This document shows positions 35,217 to 47,800 of a stretch of 64,000 bases of DNA, piece after piece. How positions within the stretch are numbered: the stretch's first letter is position 1; every line of letters begins with the position of its first letter. Origin of the DNA: Macrostomum hystrix. Lineage: Eukaryota; Animalia; Platyhelminthes. The position numbers were made by a program, and so were the translations under genes. The notes beneath the pieces are model-generated. The model saw nothing but the letters and a program-made list of their open reading frames with translations. It did not search any database and was not told where the DNA came from. The stretch lies in the NCBI GenBank assembly GCA_950097015.1, contig CATNEN010000039.1, positions 2,480,001 through 2,544,000 on the forward strand, in the 5' to 3' direction.

Positions 35217-36774
35217 CTACTGCACCAGGGCGATGTTCGTCGCGCTGTCCCTCAGTCGAGCGACGGTCTCCGCCCGCAGGGCGGTCTCGATGCGCAGGAT
35301 CTCGGAGTTGTCGTAGCCGCGCGGCACAGTCTCGTAGTGGTCCTGGCAGCAGCACTCCCACCAGAGGAAGCGACCGCAGGTGCGGTAGTGCACAGTCTTG
35401 TACTTCTGCACCATGGCGCCAATGACCTCGCCGCGGACCAGAGCGAATTCGACATCGTCGCCGGAGCGTCGGGCGATGCCCAGGTACTGAAGGTAGTGGC
35501 CGCTGGCGATCGGCGAGTTGATCGAGTAGCTGCGGGCCGGGAAGATGCGATTCTGGCAACGTGTTTCTTAGAAATCCGACACAGCAGCATTTAAAAAGGC
35601 TTGCAAAACGATTGCAGGCAATCGAATTCTCGAATCACCTTTAAGATCTTGCTAAGGTGGGTCAGTGGCACAGTGAGAGTGCAGACTGCCTGACGATGAG
35701 AAAGTCAGGGCAGATGTACACACCTGTGTGAGCGTGTGCCTACGTACAGTATCTGTGTGCGTGTGTGCTCAGGAGTCAGCGAATGGGGCAGAATTGCCTC
35801 CTCGCTGGCTGCGGGTCTACTGTCAACAAACGATGTGCCATTGCCCGCAGCCCTCCTGCAAATATTACAATTATGGTTATTTTTAGGGTCTTTCTATGCT
35901 AATTACAATCAGTAGGTACATAAAACAGTTTTCAAATTAATCCAACAGTCGAGAATGCCCTCACCGGACCATCTCGAAGATGACCTTGTTGGCGTAGGCG
36001 ATGGCCTTTACCCTGTCGATGACCTCGGAGGGCAGGCCGAATAGGGCTAAGTCGATCTGCGTCAGGGGGAACTTGCGCGCCACCGAACCGCCAGTGTTGA
36101 GCGTCCACCAGCCAATGAGGCAGTCGGAGCAGACGGTGCCGGGTGGCAGGCTCACCCAGATGGCCTCAATGCGCAGCAGCAGCTCGCGCCGAACCTCAGC
36201 AAGCAGGTTGTCGCTCAGAGGCTGGCCGGAGCTTTTGAAGGCGGCCAAGTCTGGCGCCGATTAAAACAAATATTGTGTGACTTTTTTAATGGCCCTGAAT
36301 ATCCCTAACAGCCTTGAATTTCTATCCCTAATGACCTTGAATTTCTATCCCTAATGACCTTGAATTTCTATCCCTAATGACCTTGAATTTCTATCCCTAA
36401 TGACCTTGAATTTCTATCCCTAATGACCTTGAATTTCTATCCCTAATGACCTTGAATTTCTATCCCTAATGACCTTGAATTTCTATCCCTAATGACCTTG
36501 AATTTCTATCCCTAATGACCTCGAATTTCTATTCTCACTTGCGTTAAGTTTCTCGCCTACTAGCATTAAAGCATGTCAAATACAGTATTGAAATATAGAT
36601 TATAAAGGCAAAGCCCAGTCGTTTTAATTCCACAATAACTGATTTCCACGTGACCCAAGCCGCCGCTATCCCGAATGCTTCATCAGCTCTACCTTGCTGG
36701 GCAGCCGCAGTCGATGCCAAGATGAGGCAGCAAAGCCAAGTCTGCAGGCTCGCCTTGATGAAGGCTGGAGACAT
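35217..36774 (-). CDS. Uncharacterised secreted protein, 3 exons, about 232 aa
   Basis: Exons 36774-36693, 36250-35970 (weak GTCCGG donor), 35552-35217, in frame. Signal peptide MSPAFIKASLQTWLCCLILASTAAA. GC3-rich codons. C-terminal RTCGRFLWWECCC. Confidence 0.65.
35665..35875 (+). mobile_element. SINE family B copy in intron 2 of the orphan gene
   Basis: Inverted match to 26005-26180. Confidence 0.7.
36300..36532. repeat. 23-bp intronic minisatellite
   Basis: Unit TGAATTTCTATCCCTAATGACCT. Confidence 0.92.
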
Positions 36775-37151
36775 TGTCGTGGCAAATTGCTCTGCTTCAA
36801 AGATTGTTCGGAGCTTCGTTTCCAAGGTGCGGAGGTGTCGTGCTAGCAGACACTTATTTGCTGGGGCTAGTTAATTATCTCTTGCGATAACAGTCGCACA
36901 TTGCGCGGTTCTCAGAAATTTCAATGGCCGCCCAGCTGAACCTGGGCCATTGTATTTCGAATCCGATGAGCACAGTGAGATTGTAAATCACCAATAGCCG
37001 ATTGTAGATAAGGGCAACCGCTGCAGAATTAGAACTTTGTTGCTATGAGAAATCTTTTCGGAATTAATCGCTTTTGTTTCTACGCCAATTGTGCATAGGT
37101 TCAGATCGAGTTTCTCCCTATTTCATCCCTAAGTAGTTAACGACGAACAAC

Positions 37152-37213
37152 TTGATTTCCCATGACCCAGTCCTTGACTCAGTTGATTTCCCATGACCCA
37201 GTCCTTGACTCAG
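37152..37213 (-). repeat. Two inverted units of the 31-bp satellite
   Basis: ttgatttcccatgacccagtccttgactcag x2 is the reverse complement of the 33049-35027 unit. Confidence 0.9.
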
Positions 37214-37837
37214 GACTATGCAACTGTTGCATCCTTGCAACTGAATGAACATTTTCCGAACGGTGTCGGTGCTATTGAAGAAAATTTTAATGAGGACAAA
37301 AGCAATGCGACTACGAAATGACTGCGATTCTACTTCGATTTTTAAATCATGCGTGCTCTGTCCAATGAAGGACGGGACACTTTGTTTCTTGGAAAATTAT
37401 TAAAGGCAGATTTTCACGGAAAAAATGCAGCAGCGATGTAGGAACTTCTCACGTTTTTCACATTAAAATGTTAATAACTTTTTATTGGAAGCATATCCAA
37501 TGCTGCTATTTTAATATATCTTGCAAAACACTTCGCTTCAACGAATTTTAGAAAGCTTCATTTATGAATAATTGATCTTCATTTAATTTTCGTCTATTTA
37601 CTCGGAATCACTATAGCAACCAATCAGACATAAAATCCGTCAATAGTTTGGCCTACCTACTGTTGGCCTAATGAAAAAAATCTACACAATTATTATAATA
37701 AATTTATTCCTGATTAAATAGAAAGTGACTAAAATTGAGTTAGTCACAAGATAGCTTTTGACTTTGATAGTTATCAACATTTAATGTGAAAAAACGTGAC
37801 AAGTTTTTATCTCGCCAGCGCATTTTTCTTAGGAAAG

Positions 37838-38122
37838 CAAGATTAATTTATCTGGCCCGGCCAAATAAATGGCTCCGCCAATAGGAAAACAAGATTCATT
37901 TGTCTGGCCCGGCCAAATAAATGGCTCCGCCAATAGGAAAACAAGATTCATTTATCTGGCCCGGCAAAATACATGGCTCCGCCAATAGGAAAACAAGATT
38001 CATTTGTCTGGCCCGGCCAAATAAATGGCTCCGCCAATAGGAAAACAAGATTCATTTATCTGGCCCGGCCAAATAAATGGCTCCGCCAATAGGAAAACAA
38101 GATTCATTTATCTGGCCCGGCC
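37838..38122. repeat. 52-bp tandem repeat (about 5.5 copies), each full unit with CCAAT
   Basis: Unit TCTGGCCCGGCCAAATAAATGGCTCCGCCAATAGGAAAACAAGATTCATTT(G/A). Confidence 0.92.
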
Positions 38123-38185
38123 AGTTTTTACCATAGACTAGACTTTGGCGCCGTCAGCCAAGCGAGGGATAAATAGAGTATAACC

Positions 38186-38941
38186 CAAGGACAATTTAAT
38201 AACTCTTAATAACAACTTAAAGATCCTGCCGATAATTTAAACACCCCACTCGGTGAATTCACTGAAATGATTTCCCGGGGAAAGTTGAAGCACCCGCCAA
38301 AGTGGCTGTTCAATTTTGCTTGCCTATGTTTCGGATGCTTCATTTCGCTGCGATCACCGTCATGTGCTTTGCGAGTGCGGAAATAGTTTGCTGCCGTTGG
38401 CGAGTTTTACTTCCCTGAAGCAGATGTTCTGGGATGCTGCGTGCGCCTCACCAACTGTTTCTTCAAGGGTTATGTTCAACGAGGAACAAAGAGCGCTCCT
38501 TCGCCTGATAAAGCGCACGATAGAAAAATACTGAAGCTGAGTGGACAGTGAGCGAACCTGGAGCAAACACTTTACTATTAATCATAGTCAGCTCTTGTCC
38601 CGTTGTGTGACTGGTATTTTCCTCTCTGTTTGCAGTTCAGATGAAGAAAGAATCGTAAATTTTTCTCGAGTTTCCTTATACATGTGCTGCATGTACAGCT
38701 TTCCCATTGTGTATTTTCACGACGCTTTTTATGTAATAAAACGATTCAACATTTAAGAAAACCGACCCTGCACCCGCCTTCTGACTGCCTATTAAAAAGT
38801 CAAATATGATACGAGTATAGATTCGCAACTGAAAGCATGCGCATACGGATGGGCCATAGAACAATGCTTTTAAACGAGCCTCATACTTTTTTTCGCCATG
38901 AATTGGCTCGTTTCCGGTCCTGAGTTATTAAGTTGTCCTTG
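38186..38941. mobile_element. Non-autonomous DNA transposon, P-element-like (756 bp)
   Basis: TIRs CAAGGACAATTTAATAACTC / GAGTTATTAAGTTGTCCTTG (1 mismatch) with an 8-bp TSD GTATAACC (38178-38185, 38942-38949). Confidence 0.8.
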
Positions 38942-39067
38942 GTATAACCCCTATGGATTCATTTAATTTGGGCCTCAAGAGTGACCTCGGGCTGCATTTC
39001 TATGGCCGAGGCGAAGCAGCCTCAGTCACTCTATCAGCCAAATAAATAAATCCATAGGGGTAATACC
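38942..39067. mobile_element. Small palindromic (hairpin) element whose end was the insertion target
   Basis: gtataacccctatggattcatttaatttgg ... ccaaataaataaatccataggggtaatac, with an inner agagtgac/gtcactct pairing. Confidence 0.55.
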
Positions 39068-39634
39068 ATATACTTCTACGCACGGGCTTGCAGGTTTTCT
39101 GTGTTTTTACCATAGAACAGTCGCAAGCCAATCAGCGAAAATGTGGGTTTCGAGAAGCTAAATAGCTTCAAGAAATTTCAGGCAGACGCTAAATCTTCAT
39201 TCCGCTGGTGCGCGTAAATGAATGCGGTATCGCAGCGAATTCGATCTCAGGGACCATGGTGCCCAATTTATAGACTATTTCTGTTGATTTTTTATCATCA
39301 GCTATAATCCGGTTGCATTCGTGATCCTGCCAATGCAATGTAAATATTAAAATCTGTTATAAAAAAACAGCACAAAGCTTGGTTAACCACAGGCCCAGAT
39401 TTTCCATGCAGTTTCGAATGAGGCCAACACAGCCTGCCTTCCACTGGCAGATCTGCCGACGGCTGAAGCCGCGACACACTGACACCGCTGACAATCTAAT
39501 TTTACTTTTGTTAAATCGCTAAGCATACAAGGAGCTGCACAGCAAACGCTTTATAGATTCTGGGACTCGGAAAACTGCCTGGAAAAGTTCATCTTTAGTG
39601 CGGCTTCTCCGTTTTTGTCGGGTCAGCAGCAGCG

Positions 39635-42096
39635 TCAAGACCGGGCGGAGGCGGCCTGATGTCCATCGGCGGAGCCAGCAAAGCCGTAGATGAACTGGTC
39701 CAGGCGGGTCAGAGCCCGATTCACGTCCTCCAGTTTGAGGATGTTGCGAATGAAGAGCTCGCCAAATTTCCTGGCCACCTTGGTGTCGGCCACGTGGATC
39801 ATGTCGCCGTCAATGTAAAAGTCCAATTCTGAGGAGCTGGCCACAGGCGCTTCAGCTGCGGCTGCGGCGGCGGCGGCAGCGTCGGCGGTCACAATGTTCT
39901 GCATCTTATGCTTGTAGCACATCAGCTCGCGCTGCAGCACAGCGGGCTCCGTGTTCATGAGACCGGCCAGCTTCTCGATGCTCAGCGTGGTGTACAGCTT
40001 GAGGTAGGAGCGGATGTCCGGGATCCGCGCCTGCTGCTTGATCTCCTCGATGAACTCTTCCTTAATCTGGCGCAGAGTGTTCATCTGGTAGTTGTCCGGC
40101 AGGTCGAAGTTTGGCGGCACAGGCGACAGGAACTTCGGGCAGGCGTATTGGAAGGTGTTGGCGATCTCGTCTAGGTCCATGCGGGACAGCTTCAGGTTCT
40201 TCTCGTTGTACTTCTCCTTGATCTGGGCGTGGACAACTTCGTCAACGCGCATCGGGTGCAGGTTGAGGCACAGGCAGAGCAGGTGACACATCTGGTCTGT
40301 CTGCTTGGCCACGTAGTCAGCAACATCAGGGCGGCCTGCCAGGGAGGACTTGACCCGGTTGTGGTAGGCCAGGGCGTCGTTCAGGGTGCGGATGGCGTCC
40401 TCGTACCGGCGCATCATCATGAAGGAGAAGCCGACGTAGTAGGAGGTGGTGATGTTGCAGGTGGGCACGTTGCAATACCGGTCCAGGCGGCTGACGTCGA
40501 TGTTCTCCAGCACCTGCCAAGCGGAGGGAGGCGGCATTGGATGAGGAAATCCAAGAAGGTGATCTGGGAGACTGGAGGCTCAGTCTAGGAATCTGGGAGA
40601 CTGGAGGCTCATTCTAGGGATCTGGGAGACTGGAGGCTCATTCTAGGGATCTGGGAGACTGGAGGCTCATTCTAGGGATCTGGGAGACTGGAGGCTCATT
40701 CTAGGGATCTGGAAGATTGGAGGCTCATTCTAGGGATCTGGGAGACTGGAGGCTCATTCTAGGGATCTGGGAGACTGGAGGCTCATTCTAGGGATCTGGA
40801 AGACTGGAGGCTCATTCGAGGGATCTGGGAGACTGGAGGCTCATTCTAGGGATCTGGGAGACTGGAGGCTCATTCTAGGGATCTGGGAGACTGGAGGCTC
40901 ATTCTAGGGATCGGGGAGATTGGAGGCTCATTCTAGAAATCTGGGAGACTGGAGGCTCATTCTAGGGATCTGGGAGACTCATTCTTGGGATCTGGGAATC
41001 TGGGATGACAAAAGAGAATTGGAAGAAAGTGGAAGCGCAGAGAGCGGGACGAGAGCAGAGTCGCTGTCCTCACCTTGAGGGCCTGGAAGAAGTCACCGAG
41101 GATGCAGTGTAGCCGGCACAGACCGATGAGGCTGAAGAAGCCCAGCATCTTGTAGAGCGGCCGCTCGCCGAATTCGCCAGCCACTGCCGAGATGTCACCG
41201 CCGGAGGCCAGCTCCTTCAGCTGCTCGTTGATGCATGACTTCTCCACCAGGGAGTGCAGCACATTCAGCACCGAGTGGATGTTCCAGGTGGTGACGTTGT
41301 CGCGGAGGGTGCTAATCTCTTCGTCCTTCTTGTTCTTGAGCTTGGCGCGGTACTGGGTGAAGTTCTGGAACTGGTAGATAAACTCGTCGATGATGTCCCA
41401 CAGCAGCTGGTAAGGCAGCTCGTGCGTGACGGGCGTCTCCGTGCCCAGCACAAAGTTGAAGAAGTCGCAATAGTTATAGTAGGAGGCCTCGCGATCCTCG
41501 AAGCTCGGCCCGGCGGTGATGTGGGCGTAGATGTGCTTGTAGTACATCTCGGTGTACAGGATGACGAACAGCGGGTCTGGCTCCTTGCCGCCCAGGTTGC
41601 GGCTGACAATCTCCGTGACCACCTGGTGGTTGGCGAGGTAACGGGGATTGTTGGCTGACGTAAGCAAATTAAAAAAAACTTAAACCTATTAGACATGATG
41701 CTATAAAACGATGCTCCCAAACGAATATTTTAGTCCAGACTCGAACCACTTGCGGTTCTTGAAGTTACAGAACTGCAATTACGGGCCCTAAAAAAGATCC
41801 TCAATTGTCCTAGCTAAAGTACATGCGAAAGTTAAAAAGAACAGAGGCCATCACGGGCAGCGCACCTGAGTGGCCGGCCAGTTGTACTTGGCAAAGAACC
41901 GCTCGGTGAGCTTGGGAAACTGGGCCTCGTAGCACTGCATAATGTCGAACACGCTGCGGCTGCGGATGGCGGCCTCGAAACTGCACAGGAAAGTCTTCAC
42001 CGGCTCAGGCAGGATGGTGTAGCTGCCGTTGGCGCTGAGAACAGCGTTGCCAAAGTCAGCCGGCTCGTTGCCCACTTTCTCATCCCAGGAGGTCAT
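39635..42096 (-). CDS. EIF3L: Eukaryotic translation initiation factor 3 subunit L, 552 aa
   Basis: Exons 42096-41866, 41622-41074, 40513-39635. Motifs WDIIDEFIYQFQ, YKMLGFFSLIGLCRLHCILGDF, YYVGFSFMMMRRYEDAIR, RSYLKLYTT and DFYIDGDMIHVADTKV. Confidence 0.95.
40560..41000. repeat. 29-bp minisatellite in eIF3L intron 2
   Basis: Unit GATCTGGGAGACTGGAGGCTCATTCTAGG. Confidence 0.93.
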
Positions 42097-42189
42097 TGCG
42101 GCTGGAATTTGAATTCATATTGGGCTTAATGGGATGCTAATGTAAGAAATACTGCTTCCTTGAAACTGCTATCAGATCTACACATAGTT

Positions 42190-43040
42190 CTATCAATTGA
42201 TTCTGAAACATGCCCAATCTATCCACTGATTCTGAAACATGCCCAATCTATTGATTGATTCTGAAACATGCCCAATCTATCCACTGATTCTGAAACATGC
42301 CCAATCTATCCACTGATTCTGAAACATGCCCAATCTATCCACTGATTCTGAAACATGCCCAATCTATTGATTGATTCTGAAACATGCCCAATCTATCCAC
42401 TGATTCTGAAACATGCCCAATCTATCCACTGATTCTGAAACATGCCCAATCTATCCACTGATTCTGAAACATGCCCAATCTATCCACTGATTCTGAAACA
42501 TGCCCAATCTATCCACTGATTCTGAAACATGCCCAATCTATCCACTGATTCTGAAACATGCCCAATCTATCCACTGATTCTGAAACATGCCCAATCTATC
42601 CACTGATTCTGAAACATGCCCAATCTATCCACTGATTCTGAAACATGCCCAATCTATCCACTGATTCTGAAACTTGCCCAATCTATCCACTGATTCTGAA
42701 ACATGCCCAATCTATCCACTGATTCTGAAACATGCCCAATCTATCCACTGATTCTGAAACTTGCCCAATCTATCCACTGATTCTGAAACTTGCCCAATCT
42801 ATCCATTGATTCTGAAACTTGCCCAATCTATCCACTGATTCTGAAACATGCCCAATCTATCCACTGATTCTGAAACATGCCCAATCTATCCATTGATTCT
42901 GAAACTTGCCCAATCTATCCATTGATTCTGAAACTTGCCCAATCTATCCATTGATTCTGAAACTTGCCCAATCTATCCACTGATTCTGAAACATGCCCAA
43001 TCTATTGATTGATTCTGAAACTTGCCCAATCTATTCATTG
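42190..43040. repeat. 29-bp minisatellite upstream of eIF3L
   Basis: Unit TCTATCCACTGATTCTGAAACATGCCCAA. Confidence 0.95.
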
Positions 43041-44281
43041 GGGATTATAATAATCAGCCAATTCAAAGAAAAGCACGTTTCGGAGTCCAAAATCTTGAAG
43101 TGACAGTATTCGGCGGTTAAATAACGCACAAGAAAAGGGCAACAAACGCAAATGTCCTTGCAATAAACAATTATGTCTGTAACCATAACAAACGCGCAGT
43201 AGTATAGCAGAAATTTAAAAAGCTAATTTTGCTAGCAGTGAAATATCAGTCTGATTTTCTATACGCGAAGCAAACATTTTTAGGTCGGGCTAGCAGATTT
43301 TTAATTCCCGCCGCAAAATTATAAGCTTTGTATGTCGAAGCCAAGTTATAAATAAATTGGTGGACCCGAAAAGGGCCGCTTTAAGCACTCTTTCTTTCGT
43401 CTGATCACTGGCAATGCCCTAGCGTCTATAGAAGATCTACAAAGCTTATTCTGAAAAATGTTACTTTCTGTTTTATCGAATTCGTGCGGCGCGAATTTTA
43501 AGAAATGATAGGCATAAGGCCAACCTAGTATTTTTTATTGGACACGAGCTTTAGACCCGGTTCAGTAAATATAGAGCAGAGGAAAGCTGGCAGTCACTAA
43601 AGCCTAAGCAACCACCGGATCTAGCAACTATATTGTTTTAATAAAAGGCCAATGTAGAATAAGTAACTTAGTCCAATCATATGGCAATGATGAGTTAAAG
43701 TTGAATAAAAACATAAGCGACACCGCCATGCCTAACTGGGAAATATAGAAAAAATATTATAATTGGGTGTTGATTAGGTGCAAATTGGTTTGCTCTATCT
43801 GATCAATTGATTCGCTTTACATTCTAGCCCAGCTTGTTGGCTAAACCAGGGGAGAAGAATTACAAGTGCGCAGGCGGGTGCCACAGAAGAACATTGTGCT
43901 GTGCAGGACACTGCAAAGCAAACGGCAGCTTTAGGATCATGGCGGTTGCATTGCTGCTAATCGATTAACCATGTCGGCTTTCCTGATGAGTATTTTTTGA
44001 TTGATTAAATTGTTAATTTTTTCATTCTTGAACCAATATTGATTCTCCATCGAGCTTTGTGCAGAGCAATGTGAGTTGTCCTTGTCACCAGGGTCTTCGA
44101 CAAGAATCGGTGAATATCTTGACGATGCTGACGTCGGACAGGTTTGAGAAATTGCGAGAAACTTTCATTCTAGTGGACTTTAACGAAAATCGGTCATTCG
44201 GTTTGGGAGCTATCGTGACGTAGGCAGTGGCAATTGGAAATACCTCCTTGCAGTCTTTTCCCAGGCGGAAAATAGCGTGGT

Positions 44282-44705
44282 ATCCCTGTAAAAAATTCGG
44301 CTGCTTCTTTGGCGGGTTTCTGTGCAAAGTAGGAGTGGGATCTACCAAAATCCCCCCTATCTCGCAAGAGTTAAAGAAACCACCCAGGAAGCAGCCGAGG
44401 TAACCGTAAATTGTGCGGAAACCGCCGAAGAATCACCCGAACCAGTGGCCCATGGGACAACCAGAGAATTATTTACGGGCGATTCCTCGGCGGTTTCTGA
44501 GCATGGAATCTTCCGAACTGGAGGATTCTTTGTGTGATTCCATTTCGCCACCAAGAAGCACCAAGAAAACGCCCAGTTGGGTAGATTCTAAGCATGGAAT
44601 CATCCGATTGGTATGTTTCCAGCGTTCGGCTGTTTCTTTTTCTGGAAACACCGCAGATTCCAACTGGAATCACCCAAAGAAACATCCCTATTTTTTAGCG
44701 GGATT
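44282..44705. mobile_element. Degenerate MITE-like element
   Basis: Imperfect terminal inverted repeats atccctgtaaaaaattcggctgcttctttgg / ccaaagaaacatccctattttttagcgggat, with internal inverted motifs. No clear TSD. Confidence 0.4.
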
Positions 44706-44872
44706 AAAACTGTTAAGCGTCCAAAGAGCAACAAATTGAGTCATCTCGCCCTGATCCGTAGCTGATTCGACTTGTGCAAACATTCGTTAGTTTTTTTAAA
44801 TGGGGAAAAAAGACGAACCAAACAAAAACACCGCCCTTTCAGTTCTCAGAGTTCGCGGAAACACTGCTGGAC

Positions 44873-47800
44873 TCAAAATTGTTCCTCGGCGTCGCGAGTG
44901 CGAGAGCGTGCCAGCTCGGTGAATCTGGCGATCACGTGATCCAGGCTGTGCTCGCCGTGCACCTTGTTGTCGCGGGTGCGCACATTCACAGTGCCATTCT
45001 TCTGCTCCTCCACACCAATAACCAGAATGAAATTGTAGTGCGCCAGCTGAGCATTGCGGATCTTCTTGTTCAGTGTCTTGCCTGCGATAATTGTGCGAGA
45101 ACACAAGAAAGGGAAATTAATCTTAAAATTCTCTACCAGGAAAGTTATTCTAAAAATCCCTGCATGGAATGCTAATCAGAGAATAGACAACAGGGATTTT
45201 AATAAAGAAATAGCTACCCGGAAAGTTAATCTGAACAGTCCCTATCATTAATGGGAATTTAAATTTAGTCCCAGTTCCCAACCAAATGTGGAAGGGGAAG
45301 TCTATCTTAAAATCACAACTGAATAGGGGAAGTGAGTTCGTTGTAAAAAATCCCGCCCACTAAAGAAGAAATGTAAGAAAATCGGAAACGCTTGTCTTGA
45401 GGCTCACCGGAATCCAGGTCCATGTCCACCATGAAGCCGGCCTGCTTGATGCGGTCCCGCACGGCTGTAGCGTAATCATCGCAGGCGGACACCACCGGGA
45501 TGATGAAGGCTTGCAACGGGGACAGCCAGAACGGCCACTTGCCGGCGTAGTTCTCCGTCAGGATGGCGATCATGCGCTCCACGGATCCCAGGATTGCGCG
45601 GTGGATGATCACTGGGCGCGGCCGGGACTGGAGTAGGAGAGGGAAATATTAAACAATGGGATGGACTCATCTTCAAATGGTGATTGGACATAAAACTATG
45701 CTGTGACTTGGGAGAGTGCCTTGTAGGTGATGGGGTGTTGATAGAGAGGGAATATTGGCTGTATTGACACTGAAAGAGATAAATTGGGAGAGGGGATATT
45801 TTGAGGGAGGATATTTGGAGTGAAGATATGGGAGTGATCGAAAATACTGGATTTCGGATATAGGGGATATTGCTAAATGGGATTTAGGGAAGCTGGGTAT
45901 TTGGAGTGGGTTATTAGGTGAGAACACAAGAGCGGATATCAAGGCGACTCACAGCCTCGCTGTCGTCAGACTCGGACTGGAAGTGCAAGTCGAATCGCTG
46001 GGGCAGCTGGAAGTCCAGCTGGATGGTGGCACACTGGTGCCAACGCTTTAACGCGTCCTGAATGCCAATGTCGATCTTGGGTCCGTAGAAGGCGCCGTCG
46101 CCCGGGTTGAGCTTCCACTCGAGACCAGAGGTGTTGAGCGAGTCGGACAGCTGTTTCTCGGCCCGGTCCCACAGCTCAACCTCGCCAAGGAATTGCTCAG
46201 GCCGGGTGCTGAGCTCCAGCTTGAAGCTGAAGCCGAAGATGCCGTAGACGTGGCGCAGGAAGTCCAGGCAGGCGACAATCTCGTCGCGAATCTGATCCTC
46301 GCGGCAGAAGATGTGCGCGTCGTCCTGCTGGAAGCGGCGCACCCGGGTGAGGCCGCTGAGGGCGCCGGACAGCTCGTTGCGGTGCAGGACGCCGAAGTCC
46401 GCGTAGCTGAGAAGGACAAGCTCGATGGCTCGTTAAAAGGTACCCGAAAATCCCAAATCCTCATCCCTAAATCCTCACCGAATCGGCAGCTCTTTGTAGC
46501 TGCGCAACTCGCTGGCGAACATGACGCAATGGCCCGGACAGTTCATGGGCTTCAAGCCGTAGGTCTCCTTTTCGATTTCAATCTTGAACATGTTGTCAGA
46601 GTAGTGCTGCCAGTGACCCGAGGTCTCCCACAGTTTAGCATTGTAGATGTTTGGCGTGATGACCTCCGTGAATCCGCGCTTCCAGTACTCCTCTCGGATG
46701 AAGGCCACCAGAGTGTTGTAAATGTGGGCGCCGCGCGGGTAGAAGAAACACGAGCCAGGGCTCAGCTCGTTAAAGAAGAAGAGGCGTTGCTCCTTGCCAA
46801 GGCGCCTTCATTTAATCACAGGGGATGGATGTCTGTTATCAGCTGCTGATAGGAATCTACATAAATCTCACTGGTATCTGCTCAAGTCTCACTGGTATCT
46901 ACTTAAATCTCACTGGAATCTGCTCAATTCTCACTGGTATCTGCTCAATTCTCACTGGTATCTGCTCAATTCTCACTGGTATCTACTTAAATCTCATCGG
47001 TGACAGGAATCTACTTAAATCTCACTGGAATCTGCTTAAACCAATCTTACCTGTCTTACCAATCTTACTCAAATCACACTGGAATCTACTCAAATCTCAC
47101 TGGTATCTGCTCAATTCTCACTCGAATCTACTCAAATCTCACTGGATCTACTCAAATCTCACTGGAATCTACTTAAATCTCACTGGAATCTGCTCAATTC
47201 TCACTGGTATCTGCTCAATTCTCACTGGTATCTACTTAAATCTCATCGGTGACAGGAATCTACTTAAATCTCACTGGAATCTGCTTAAACCAATCTTACC
47301 TGTCTTACCAATCTTACTCAAATCACACTGGAATCTACTCAAATCTCACTGGTATCTGCTCAATTCTCACTCGAATCTACTCAAATCTCACTGGATCTAC
47401 TCAAATCTCACTGGAATCTACTCAAATCTCACTGGTATCTGCTCAATTCTCACTGGTATCTACTCAAGTCTCACTGGAATCTACTGAAGCCTCATCGGTG
47501 ACAGGAATCTACTTAAATCTCACTGGAATCTGCTTAAATCTCACTGGAATCTGCTTAAACCAATCTTGCCTGTGATCCCGCTTGGCGGCCTCCTCCTGAA
47601 TGGTCTTCCATTCCTTCAGCTGTTTGGGGTCGGGAAACGAGATGCCGTAGACGCGCTGCAGGCTCTCTGCGTCCGCCTGATTAAGGTTGGGGTTTGTGAA
47701 AGATCAGGGATTTTCAAGTTTAGGAAGCTTGGAAATGTGAAAGTTTGATTTTATAGCCTTTGTTGACGCGCAAAACTATGTTTTTTCGTTCAAATTTCTC

